DNA from: Eledone cirrhosa
Taxonomy: Eukaryota
Length of the DNA: 64,000 bases
Direction: 5' to 3'
NCBI GenBank assembly: GCA_964016885.1
Contig: OZ024745.1
Span: 114,886,001 to 114,950,000, forward strand
Position numbers and translations under genes: made by a program. The notes below the pieces were generated by a model. It was not told the DNA's origin. It saw only the letters and a list, made by a program, of their open reading frames with translations, and searched no databases. Shown piece after piece: positions 1 through 11,721 of this stretch (its first letter is position 1; the number at the start of each line of letters is the position of its first letter).

Positions 1-408
1 CCAGTTGACTTGATGGGTCACCAATCAACCAAACAAACTAATCAGTTAGCTAGTCAATCCCAAAACAACAGCCAGGTTAATTAGCCAACCAATCAAAAGT
101 TGCTAGCTAGCTGAAAAACCAATCAGCTGGTAAACCAGCCAGCCAATCAGCTTGTAGGTTAATTACATTAGTAGTCAGTCAATGAAACAGGAATTCAGCT
201 GACCAAATAATAACCAATCAGCTGGTTAGAGGATCAACAGAAAGTTAATCAATTCAGCCAGCCAACTAACCAACAGAAAATTCAACCAGTCGGAACTTAC
301 TGAAAAATGGTAGGGTTTTATTTAGATTCTGTTAATTTTTGTTTAAAATTTGCCTGCTTGCCTGCCTTTTTTCTTTCCTTCCTGCCAGCCTGATTAAGAA
401 CGTCTTAC

Positions 409-595
409 CTATAATCTATTACATCATCTATATTTTTCTTGCCATGTGCACGGTGCCAAAGATCCTTTACTTTATCTATTGCTTCACTTGCAACTGACTT
501 CTTGCCTCTATTCCACTCATCAATATCGTCTAACCTGCCAATGTGTGACGACGTTGCTGATGGTGCCGAGCGGTATTCTTCATCATAACGGTCTC
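409..595 (-). CDS. CLINT1: Clathrin interactor 1 / epsinR, internal exon downstream of the ENTH domain ((R)DRYDEEYRSAPS...IDDVIDYR)
   Basis: Long polypyrimidine tract and AG acceptor (597-596), GTAAG donor (408-404). The 187-nt exon continues in phase 1 from the 2740-2871 exon, giving GIRY-RDRYD (vertebrate CLINT1 has FRYSERYD here). Confidence 0.85.
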
Positions 596-1570
596 CTTCA
601 ATAATATTGGAAAGGTAAGAAAAAAAAGAAAAAAAAGAAAAAAAAGAGAAACAGCACAGAAAAGGGACAAACAATGAAAATAATAAGGGAGAAAAAAAAC
701 AATGTCTAAAAAAATATTTTTGTTGATATAATTTTTTACTGTTTTCAATCATTGGACTGTGGCCATGCTGGAGCATGCATAGTTGATTACATCAAACCCA
801 GTACTTATTCTATTGATCTTGGAAAGATCAAACAGGTAGTAGATAAGGGTGAAATTTGAACTCAGGATGAAAAGGGATGTAACCAAATGCCACAAAGTAT
901 TTTGTCCAATGGTCTAGTGATTTTGCCATCCACCTACCAAACATATGAAGATTACGATGTAATAAGAAGAAATTTATCTGTGCTTTCACAGGTTTTTGTG
1001 CTCTATTGAGCCAACATTTATTTATCTTCCATTTCTATAGCATTAAATGGAAGAGAGATAACAGTTTATCAGAAGTAACTTTTCCTGAAAATGTCTTTTC
1101 AGCTGGTATCTGGTATCAACTGAATTATCTGCATTCCCCACAATACAATATAAAGGAGGCTACAGGTTTTAAAATACAGAAGAAGTCCATAAAGACTAGC
1201 AGTAACAAATGTCTATAATTCAGACAGTCACTTGAAAGTGTGTGATTTGATAATGATAAATTGATAGAGGGTCCCACAATAAGATTTACAGTCATAGTGT
1301 GTTGTTCTAATGAAATTCACAAATTAAATAAGTTATAAGTACAGTGGATAAGTGAAACCATTGATTAGAAATTTAAAAAATGACATTTTCTCTCTCTGAC
1401 GAAGGTTTGCTCTAAATGACAATACATGTCTCTCCATGGCACATTAACTTATCAAAGTTTGTGAACTTTACAAATTATTTTTGCCAACACAGATCACAAC
1501 TAGTTTCTTCAAACTCTAGTTCTTTTATATACTAGTGAAATTCAAGTCCACATTCTACTATAGTAATAAT

Positions 1571-1754
1571 TGTTTCTACTTTAGGCACAAGGCCAGCAAT
1601 TACCCAGTGCATTACTGGTACTTTATTTTATCGACCCCGTAAGGATGAAAGGCAAAGTCAACCTCAGCGGGATTTGAACTCAGATCGTAAAGGGACGTAA
1701 CTATGCTGAAAAGCATGGCGTCCGACCCTCTACCGATACTGCCAATCCACCGCC
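1571..1754 (-). mobile_element. Young tRNA-derived SINE with Deu/Nin-like central domain, inserted at the tail of an older copy (1776-1890)
   Basis: Minus strand starts ggcggtggattggcag, has a gagttcaaatcc B-box and gcctttcatcc..ggggtcgataaa..agtacc. Flanked by the direct repeat acattctactatagtaat (about 1550-1567 and 1755-1772). Confidence 0.85.
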
Positions 1755-2739
1755 ACATTCTACTATAGTAATAATAATTGTTTCTCGCACTGGCACAAGA
1801 CCACAAAATTGTTGGGCAGGAATATAATCAACTGAATTAATTCCAGCACATAGGGTTGGATGAAAGGCAAAGTCAACCCCCAAAAATCTGAAGACATCAG
1901 AATATGGATAGATGAAAATAAATCCTAAAGGTTAGGCATTTAAACTACCATTTCTACAGCTACACTGTTTTCATATATCAAATGATAATATTAACAATTA
2001 TAACAATTTTGTACATAGGAATAAAGCTTCAGATCAATTGAAGACAGAAAGTGCAAAATTTTGACAATAACTTTCCTATGACTATGAATGATTTCAGTGA
2101 AGCAGGCACAGCTGCTGAACAAAACTTTTTATTCAGAGAGGGAAGTGCCCATGACCCTTTTCAGGTATCTGAGACTGGTGGAAAGGAAGAAGGAAAGTAT
2201 CCTCAAACTGGAGACCTAGTTGAAGTACTTGATAAGAAAGGGAATCGAAAAATTAATTGTAGAGTTAATTTGCCGAGAATCTATTTTGTCATTAGTGCAC
2301 TCAGTTAAATTGTATATTATAGCAACAAGGCCCTAAGTTTCAGATTTTAAGTCAAGGAAAGTAAGAAGTTGTGATAACCTTACCTTTCCAAAAAGCAGAA
2401 GTGAAGCTGTGAGAAATATGAATCACAGATTCAAATTGTGAACTTAACAGCTAACTTTAAAGTACCTAATCAAGTTACTTAAAACATTTATTTTGATTTG
2501 GCACAAGGCTAATACTTGTCAAAGAGAAAGTAAATTTAGCATAATTTCTGGAACTTAGAATATCAATTCTCTGGAGCAACACTTGACACTAGCGAAATTT
2601 TAACTCAGTACTATTTACAATGAAAGTTTAACGTTCTGTCTGAGCCTACTTTGTAAAGTTTTATTTTCTTAATAGTCCAAAAGAGATTAAAAATTTATAC
2701 ATCATAAAGAAAAGTGAAGACTTTGTCTTGGGAACTTAC

Positions 2740-2871
2740 TATATCTGATACCATGGCTGTCACTGGCCATTCCAATGTACTTGTCTTTTGTTTTTTTGGC
2801 TTTCTTCCGTTCATCTCTGAGTCTGTCATCATCCTGAATGAAGTCGATCAATTCTTTACCTTTCTGTCGAA
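2740..2871 (-). CDS. CLINT1: Clathrin interactor 1 / epsinR exon, end of ENTH domain ((V)RQKGKELIDFIQDDDRLRDERKKAKKTKDKYIGMASDSHGIRY)
   Basis: tttcag acceptor, GTAAGT donor, 132 nt, phase 1 to 1. Peptide closely resembles the CLINT1 segment QDDDRLREERKKAKKNKDKYVG. Confidence 0.95.
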
Positions 2872-3338
2872 CTGAAACAAACAAAAAAAAAACAACAACA
2901 TAAAATAGAATAAATAAAGGAAATTGTTTACTTCAATATTGGAATATATATTTAGTGCCTAACCCTGGCTTGCAAGGAAAACATACATTAAACGATGATG
3001 ATGATGATGATGATGCCGCCTTAAAATAACTGGTTTCTCATGAGAGAGTTTGCAGGTTTGACAATTGAAGATCGCAATTTCAATCTCATCAATTAGAAAA
3101 TGATTATAATTTTCATCTGGTTGGATTTCATTGAAGGATTAAAATTTGAACCAGGTTGGGTCTCATTCACTGACAACTGAAAGAATGTGATTTCAGGTTA
3201 GTTGGATCTTATTAATGCCAACCAAAGTTTCAAACTTGAGGGGCCTCTTTTTTTTCTCAAAAGAAAAAATTTCAGTGCTTATAAGAGGTTTGTATAGATT
3301 AAGGGGCAACTGCATTGCTACACTTGTGACCTCTATAC

Positions 3339-3537
3339 CAGGCATGTCAAACATGCGGACTGCCACATGTGGCCCTTTACAAGCACACCTGTGGCCCGCA
3401 CAAAGGTTTTAACAACGCGACCATGTTTTATCTTCGTAAAATTAGTTGTAATAAATGCAATTAGTTGTCGTGTGTGGCCCTCAGACAACACGTGTGACCC
3501 ATGTGGCCCCCAGGGGAACCTCAGTTTGACATGCCTG
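3339..3537. mobile_element. hAT (Charlie-like) MITE, 199 bp
   Basis: Perfect 14-bp TIRs caggcatgtcaaac/gtttgacatgcctg, perfect 8-bp TSD ctctatac (3331-3338, 3538-3545), subterminal gtggccc repeats. Confidence 0.95.
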
Positions 3538-3678
3538 CTCTATACAATATTTATAAATAGAAATCTCTTTAGCCAATCATTTACATGTTGCAGAAATAAA
3601 GCTAATAAATGCTTCCTTTGTTTACATTTATTTGAAGTTTATTTTTCTATCTACATCTACTTACTCTTTTCCTCTCTA

Positions 3679-3730
<52 letters not shown>

Positions 3731-4282
3731 GCTTTCTCTGTGAGAAAGGGTTGGATGGGTCCACACAGACCAAGTCAGAACTGGAACGAGACTACTGATC
3801 TTCCAGACAGGTTAGGAATCTGCATTTGCTAAGTATGACCTCACATTCTACCGAGTACACAAGCGCAACTGAAGGGTCCTCCCAAACCTTGTTCGGCAAG
3901 CTTTCTACAGCTTGATGCCCTTCCTATCACCCACCCCTTTACAGCATGTATATATGTATGTATGTATAAATCAGAAGTACTCAATACATGTTGTTGAGTT
4001 TATTCTTTCATTTGAAATGAAAACTTTTTTCCACAGCTGCTTGGGGTTTCTTAGTCCTTACACATACTCCCGGTGGAATATTATAGAAAAAATGAGAAAC
4101 CCACAATATCAAAATAATGATACACACACACATTTGAAAATGATGTGAGTGTGTGTATGTGTTTACATGTGTGTGCGCGTGCACGCAAAAATAAAATGGA
4201 GACAACAAAGCAAGCAACACAGTATAATGAAGAAATGTATTAGTTTAATGCTTAATACAGTAAAAAAGAAAAAAAAAAAAAG

Positions 4283-4318
4283 TCTTTACATTTCAGACAC
4301 TAGATCTTCATCAGAAGA
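4283..4318 (-). ncRNA. Minimal type I hammerhead ribozyme-like motif (Penelope-like element remnant)
   Basis: Minus strand reads tctt-CTGATGA-aga-tctagtg-tct-GAAA-tg-TA-aaga: both core boxes intact, stems I and II pair, stem III CG apparently decayed to TG. Confidence 0.6.
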
Positions 4319-5447
4319 TAGAATGAGAAATAAAAACTGAAATAGAAAACAGAGTGAGAAGAGGAAGGAATGGAAAAAGATGTTTTGAGAAAAAACACGT
4401 GTATATTCAGTCAGCCATTTTAGAAGGGCCTCCTGCTGTAAAACACTGCCTCAAAAAGTCATATTCAACCCATGCCAACGTGCAAAATTTGACATAAAAA
4501 CAATGATGATGATAAAGAGAGAAGGCAGCCACTAATTTATGTGATTACAAACCATGTTGAAAATATTTCAACTTTGTTATTGGTGGATAAACTTTGTAAG
4601 TCTTGAAGGAACAACACAGCAAAAGTAGACAAATTGACGGCTTGTGAAATGTTTGTCTAACAGATTCAATATCAATTAAGAGTTATTGTTTGCCTAGCTG
4701 GGTTGCACACTAACATGTTGGTCTTCTCATTAGCCTAGCATTGTGCCTCATAAGTGCAGTATAATTCTTCTCATTTCTTAGTATTTATCTAATTAGCAAA
4801 ATGCTTGCTTGATGCGAATGCTTCCTCTGAAGACCCTCTTGCTGTCTGCTTGCCTCATCAGGTGTTTCTGCCTACTCTAGGTCAAGGATAATATATTGAG
4901 ATGACTAAGTGGTGAAAAAAGAATAGCTGGGAACTAAACTGTTTATTTTGAGATAAGATATGGTTGAGTTGGATTCAGCTATTGGTGATAGCTGATTCCG
5001 TTTTGATTGTAATTATATCGTAGACGAATGAACAGGAATATTTGAAAGTAAACGAGCAAGTTGAAAAGTTGTTTACATGTTTCCAGAGAAACCACCACCT
5101 GAGCACTAACTTCATTATTTATTACTTGTTTTCTTTTTTGTTTTTTTTTTCTTTGTTTTTACTTACCTATTTTATATATATACTAAAATAGATACTGGAC
5201 TACAAGTTCATACATGTTGATTTCAAAACCACTCCCTACATCTTTTTTGTATTTGTTCAGTTTCTGTTAGGTAATTGTATTGATATTGGAGGTGGTGGTT
5301 GTAAATAAAAATAGTCACTAGAGAATAGAAAAGTGTGGACAAACTTCAGGAATTTTCCTAATATATAGGTCTGTCAACCCCAGAACAATGAAAGCTGGTC
5401 TGAATCAGAGTTTCAAAGAACACTACACACAAACAAACACACACATA

Positions 5448-5546
5448 CAGGGTGTCCCAAAAAATGTATACACACTTCAACAGCATTCTAACAAATATTG
5501 CCTGTACAGGTAATCAAAGTGTGTATACATTTTTGGGGCCACCCTG
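5448..5546. mobile_element. Tc1/mariner-type MITE, 99 bp
   Basis: About 30-bp near-perfect TIRs beginning cagggtg and containing aaaaatgtatacacactt; TA on both sides. Confidence 0.9.
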
Positions 5547-7529
5547 TATATTATATATATATATATACATATATATATGGTGAGAGAGATAGAGGGGTGA
5601 GAGATAGAGGAATATAGGGAGGGGGTCAGGGGGAAGGGAAGAGGGGAATAGAGGTGGAGAGGGATAAAGGGGATAGAGGGGCAGAGAGGGAGATAGAGGG
5701 AAGCAGACAGAGAAGGAGAGAAAGGACCCAAAGACTATGGACTGGAACACTGATCTATTTAAAAGTAGCTGATAATAAATATCCTTATCTAACTGACCTC
5801 ATCATTGTATATATCACAATAACTAGAGGCGCTGTAATGATTATATGAAACATTTAAAAAGATTGACATAATTGTTAAGTAGACTTAGTCAGCTCTGCTC
5901 CAGCTATATACCATATACCTACATGCATACATACACACATACATACATACATATATATATGCCCAAATAGGAGCAACCATCAGAGCAATATGTTATGTTT
6001 TAGTCTAATTATAGATTAGACTTTACATATACCATGCAGTAATTAACTAATACTGAGGGTCGGGGTGAAATCAGGTGATGTATCTTCTTCAGACCAATCT
6101 CTTTATATTCTTTATATATTATCAAAGTTCCAGTGATATTTTTTTTAAAAATCTAAATGCATAAGATAAGTTACTGTTAATAAAATTATGATTTTATTTG
6201 CTTCCCATTTTTCTCTCTATCTTTATTAAAGCTTATTTTGCCTTCTGCTGGCCTTCCCTTTAAAAACAAAATTTTTAATTTTAATTTTTATTTTTATATT
6301 CACTTATCTCTGTACATCTTGTTTTTTGTTTCTCAACTGTAAGAAGTACTAGATACTTTCCCTCATCTGTCATGGCTTACTAGCTCTATATAGATGTTTA
6401 AATTGAATGAATAAATAAATAGACTATAAGCTCGTTGTTTGAAATGAAATAAGGTTTTAGAATATTTATTTTAACAAGGGCTGGTAGGATAATTCAGTTG
6501 TGTGAAAGACATGAGAACCTTTCTAGTATCAGTAATCAACACAATATACACATCCAGTACACTCTGTAAAGTGGTTGGTGATAGGAAAGGCATCCAACTG
6601 TAGAAAACTTGCTAAACAAAGAGTTAAGAGAATTCTTCAGCTGCATTAAAGATGTGACAATCCCCCTAGTGCTGGTGCCCTGATAAAATGCCCTCAGTCA
6701 AGTGTGGGAACATATGTAAGCAAGATATGGGAACCTGGCCTGCCCAAACACTCAATAGAGGTCAGTAGTTCCACTTGAGTACCGACTTGGTCTATGACAA
6801 CCGATCCAACTCTTGTTAGAAAGAAAATGAATGTTATGTGATGATGTTAAATCCTCAAAAGGATAAAAGGCAAAGGTGATCTTGACAGGATTTGAACTTC
6901 AAGAGAGCAGAGAGTTGGAATGAATATCAAACATTTTTAAATGGCTGCCAATTCACTACCTTAATTTTATAGCAGAAAATATATAAAATCAGGTTTGTTG
7001 CAACTTTATTAGTGGACAAATTGTGAAAATGTGCAGTATTAGATTACATCCATGAACTCGGCTGGTCCCAGTTGGCCATTCAGCTGGAAAGAGTGTTTGA
7101 GGACTGTCTTCATGACTCCCAGGAATAATTGAGAGGAGGAGGGGGAGAATTTTAATTTCTAACATGATGCAGTCATAATTGTTACTTTGTTCTTTTGAGG
7201 AATGTCTTTCTGTGCTGGTGATACTTTATATGTTTACAGGATGTTAATTAAATAACTTAATGAAGTAGACTGGCTGTGAAGTTAACATAAATTAATTTAA
7301 AGGAGTGACTGGTTATTGCAATACATGCTACATTTCTTGTGTTTTACCTCTAGACCATATATATTACTCAAGTCTACATATCAACCTACATATCAAACAG
7401 AACAACAGATTCCTCTACTATTTCAGAACTGCACTGATGTGTGAAGGAAGAGATGGGGGGGGGTCATTCAACAGTGAAAAAAAAAAGAAAGAAAAACAGA
7501 ACTCGTGAATTATAAAAATGCTGGGAGGG

Positions 7530-7806
7530 TCTCTAAAGTCTATCTTGAACCTTCATCTGGCCAGTGTTTATCCTGGTTTCTGTGACATTAAGTGACAGAG
7601 TACATGACTCCCCCTGCCCTGGACAGGAGGCCAGTCCAGTGCATGTTTAAACCCCCAGCTATTGCTGGTACCCATTTTCAGCTGAGTATACTGGAGCAAC
7701 ATGAAATGAAGAGTTTTGCTCAAGAACACAGCTTACAACCTAGACCAGGAATCAAACCCATGATACTATGATTGTAAGTCCAACACCCCTACCATTAGGC
7801 AATGCG
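7530..7806 (-). mobile_element. CORE-type tRNA SINE (same family as 22790-23060)
   Basis: tRNA-like head followed by ttcttgagcaaaactcttcatttcatgttgctccag CORE-like block; body shared with the plus-strand copy at 22.8 kb. Confidence 0.7.
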
Positions 7807-8142
7807 TAGTAAGGCTGCTGGACTTTTTTTTTCAGACTCAATCCATCCATGATAGCATGAAACGATAATTTCTAACATAGCCTCAAAGCCATATATTTTT
7901 ACTAAATAGTTTGTTATATACAAGTTGGTTGGTTGCTTCATTTAATCTAAAAAAAATTTAGATTTTCAAGATTCTACTAAATCTAAAGCTTAGTGTATTC
8001 ATAGAGTGGTATAAAAAGATACTTTAGACTAATACTGTAATTGGTAGTGTTATATGCAATGTTATGACAAACTAACACATGTATTGTCTCACCATATTTA
8101 ATAACATCTGACTGATAAAATGACAAGTCAGTCAATCATATT

Positions 8143-8514
8143 GGTGGCCTCCCCACAGCCCCGGCAGACAGAATAGAGAAGGCGTTTCCCCGGAGAACGG
8201 CAAGGGAGACGCGCTGGAAAAGCCATTCCAACTCGTGGGGCTTACACCTGTGGCTGGCCAGCTCAGCGCCTATGTGGTGAGTAGGGAGGTAGTCCTAGGG
8301 CTGAGGACACCAGAAGTCTCCACTACCAAGGGTACAACCGCAAACCTGTCGGAGAGCGACCGGTATTTGAAGAGTTTGGCCTCCTCAGCCCGACGTGCAG
8401 CAGAACCTGGGTTAGTCGCAGACTGTACCAGGTTGCAGCTGCAGAAAGTGTCGGTGCAAGTGGCATCCCAGACGAGGGGTTTGCCACTGCGGAACGGGAA
8501 GATGGTCAAGCCAT
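8143..8514 (-). mobile_element. CRE-like non-LTR retrotransposon, C-terminal restriction-like endonuclease fragment (copy 1)
   Basis: Translation GKPLVWDATCTDT..GSAARRAEEAKLFKY..VPLVVETSG..WLFQRVSLAVLRGNA is typical of the RLE region of CRE-clade elements; closely similar to 18546-18950. Confidence 0.8.
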
Positions 8515-9019
8515 AAATTTGTGGGAGGGTACAGTCATTTAGATTGAATCTAAATACTACAAAGCATTTTATTTAATTCTCTATTGAATCTAACATTCAT
8601 TGCCATTATATCATAAAATAAGGGTTTCTAATTTTGGCACAAAGCCAGCAATTCATAGGGGAAGAGGAAAGTTAATTATATCAATCTCAGTACTTTACTG
8701 GTACTTTACCTCAGAAAGATGAAAGGCAAAGTTGACCTCAGTGTGATAATGGATGTAAAACAAATAAATATGCAAATATTAGCATCTCATAGCCTATATT
8801 TGTTTAATGGATAATGTTTTAAAAATTGGTGAAATACACATAAGTAGTTGCCATTTTAATAGTTTTCTTCATTCAAAATTTGAATGGGAAGTGGTAGCCT
8901 GGTATTCAGTTATGTTGAAAAAGTCCAGCTTACTCTTAGTTAAACAAATAAATGTTTTTATCTTATTTCAATAGTTTCCATCATATTTTTAACTTGTTTG
9001 TAAAATATAGTTGACAACT

Positions 9020-9206
9020 TTAGGCACAAGGCCAGCAATTTGGAGAGAGGGGAACTTCGATTAAATTGACCCCCAGTGCGTAACTGATACTTTATTTTAT
9101 CGACCCCGTAAGGATGTCAGGCAAAGCAAACCTCGGCAGGATTTGAACTTAGAACATAAAGAGCCATAACAATGCCACAAAGCTCTACTGATACTGCCAA
9201 TCCACA
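9020..9206 (-). mobile_element. Deu/Nin-type tRNA SINE
   Basis: Same family as 1571-1754. Further copies at about 780-940, 8625-8745, 19030-19150, 36090-36295, 36315-36531, 40785-40910 and 52420-52625. Confidence 0.85.
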
Positions 9207-10049
9207 ATGATAATAAAACAAATAAATGTTGTGGCATGTGATTGAGTGTGCAAGGGTTATATTCCTCTCCTCCCTATTCTTCTTTATTACTCACTGCCCC
9301 CATTTTTTTTTCTTTTAGTACTGTATATTTCTGCACTGTCTTATATAAATATATAAATTGTATTGACAATGTGAAATCGAATATTCATATCAAACAAACT
9401 TTTAAATTTAAAATATAACAAATATATCTAACATTCCATTATTTTATTTTTACTGCTTTGCATCAATATATAAAATGTTTTTATTTTTTTTACAAATTTG
9501 AATATTTACAATATTCATTCACAGCTGAATGCCCCTCTGATTGATGTCTATTTCACCAGCATATAGAAATAGAACCTGTTTGTCATGCTACTATACTGAA
9601 ACGAGTGGGGTTATATTACTTAAAAGGGATATCATAATGGCTGTAGTGTTAACATTTGAACTCAAGACCATTTGATCTAGCACTTTAAGTTCTTAGCCAT
9701 ATAACAATGAAAAGGGGAAGAGGAATACATGGGAATATAATAAAAGGGGCCATAATATAATTGTTTAAGGGGCCATAATATAATGCTGATGGTAGAGTCT
9801 GAACTTGAGACACTTGAGTCATCAATTAAAGACCTTCGCCAAACAATCCAATTTTAAGAGTTTATTTTCTTTCCTTAGAATAAATATCTCCAATAATAAA
9901 TGCCAACATACAAGGCTATATCTATATCTCTGCAATTCAGTAAAAGGTACAAAAAATATGAGATGAATAAAGGAGGTTAAATGTTTGTTGTTTGATGGAG
10001 GGTTAATGGATCACATTCCATTTTTATCTTTCTTGGAAAAATCTTCTTC

Positions 10050-10290
10050 ACCCACTTATTCCTGGCCATGGGGGCAGAGTCCTCAATCATTCCTTCCAGC
10101 AGGTTCTGTCAAAAGCAACTGTCTCCAATTGATCTGGCTGGATCCCCAAGCGAGATCAACCAAGCTCATGGATGTTATCCAACTATATTGCTATGAGTCT
10201 GCCTTGGTTTTTGCCTATAAAATCTGACCAATAATTCTTTCCTGAGACATTCTAATCACATGCTTGTAATATTGGAGCTGTGATCTTTCA
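10050..10290 (-). mobile_element. RTE-clade (Rex3/Expander-like) LINE 3' fragment
   Basis: Homologous to 42620-42890 (-) and 56490-56820 (+); decayed translation DNIHELG..LGIQPDQLETVA resembles RTE C-termini. Confidence 0.65.
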
Positions 10291-11212
10291 AGTTGAAAAT
10301 CTTAATTTTTTTAATTCACTCTTCCCTTCTTTTATTTTGGAAGACAGCCAAAATTAAGAACATTAACTTTTTATATTGTCTAACACTTCAATGTTGTATA
10401 TAACTATCAATATTTTGCTGTGAAGTTATTGCTTTTCTTTTCTTTTTTTCTAAATGCATCTTTATTGAAGTATAATTCAACACTAAAATGTATAGTATTT
10501 TGTATCAAGGACATTATTGTAATGTAACATTTTGGATCAATGCACCTTTGATGAGTTGGGGTGCACCTGAGCACTGTACACAATTTTCATTATTAGTATA
10601 TGAAACACACAGCTACCCACAATTTGACAGAACCTCCACATGGTCACTCAGCTTCAAATTACACCCTACCACTTTAATAGAGAAAGAATACATTGGGCAA
10701 AAAGTTGAGACAATCTATAGTCAAGCTATATTCAGTCTGAAAAAAACCCGCAAGTTGTTCATGTTTTGTACCAGCAGAAGTGGGATAGATTTAAAAATTA
10801 GCATATTGTTAAAACAGTTGTTTTTACAACTAAATGTCTTTCGAGCTGATTACCTAATCAACTGTCAATTAAGAATTGGATGACACTATTGTCTGCCAGT
10901 CAAACTAAGACTGTTGTATGTGGTCACAATGTGCTATAAAGCAGGAATGCTGCTTGTCAATCTGAAAGACTCAGACACAGAATAGCTTTGTGTGTGTTTT
11001 TGCAGTACTCTTTTTAAAATTTGTTACACCATGATTTAATTGGTTCTAATATACACATATGGTTGGTTAGTTTTGAACAGAAAAACTTTATTTTTATTGC
11101 CAAATTCCAATTTCACCCAGACTAAGATATGTATATACATTGGATGTTTAAAGATAATCAGAGAAAACTAGCTGAAACTGTGTAGTATATTTTCCAGACT
11201 ATTAATCTCATA

Positions 11213-11370
11213 TAGTTACATCCCTTTACGTTCTGAGTTCAAATCTCTCCGAGATTAGCTTTGCCTTTCATCCTTATAGGGGTTGATAAAATAAACTCAC
11301 TAGGGCTGATTTAATCGACTTTCCCCTCCCCAAAAATTGTTGGCCTTGTGCTTAAATCAGAAACCATTAT
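11213..11370 (+). mobile_element. Deu/Nin-type tRNA SINE, plus orientation
   Basis: ttacgttctgagttcaaatc..ctttgcctttcatcc..ggggttgataaa..ggccttgtgc. Other plus copies at about 48840-49000 and 63080-63355. Confidence 0.8.
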
Positions 11371-11683
11371 TTCAATGATCTACTTGAAGATTTGCTTGGT
11401 TTAATATCCTATCACTTTCATAAATATAAATATTTATGTAGACTTGGTTTGAATTGAGTGGTTAATAACTTTGAAACTTTGTATGAGAAAAGTTTCTAGT
11501 TAAAATACAGAATTGACAAGTGTGTGTACGTGCGTGTGTGTGTGTACGTGCGTGTGTGTGTACGTGCGTGTGTGTGTACGTGCGTGTGTGCATGCATGTG
11601 TTCATTCATGCATGTGTGCATGTCTTCTTTGAGATGCATTTAGGGTCTTTGCAGAATTCAGGTCAGCCACTAACAGTGACAAG

Positions 11684-11721
<38 letters not shown>

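Noticed and set aside
1-300. Repeated accaatcag/agcca motifs resembling CCAAT boxes
   Set aside because: Degenerate low-complexity repeat inside an intron, no promoter context.
596-776. Hydrophobic N-terminal half of the 405..776 ORF
   Set aside because: It is the intronic polypyrimidine tract read through; only 409-595 is exon.
1390-1425. ctgacga..aaa hammerhead-like motif (similar case at 48384-48410)
   Set aside because: Stems or GAAA box too degraded to support.
5560-5730. Pro/Leu/Ser-rich and IYIY/CVCV ORFs across the ORF track
   Set aside because: Translations of GA-rich tracts and (TA)n/(CA)n microsatellites.
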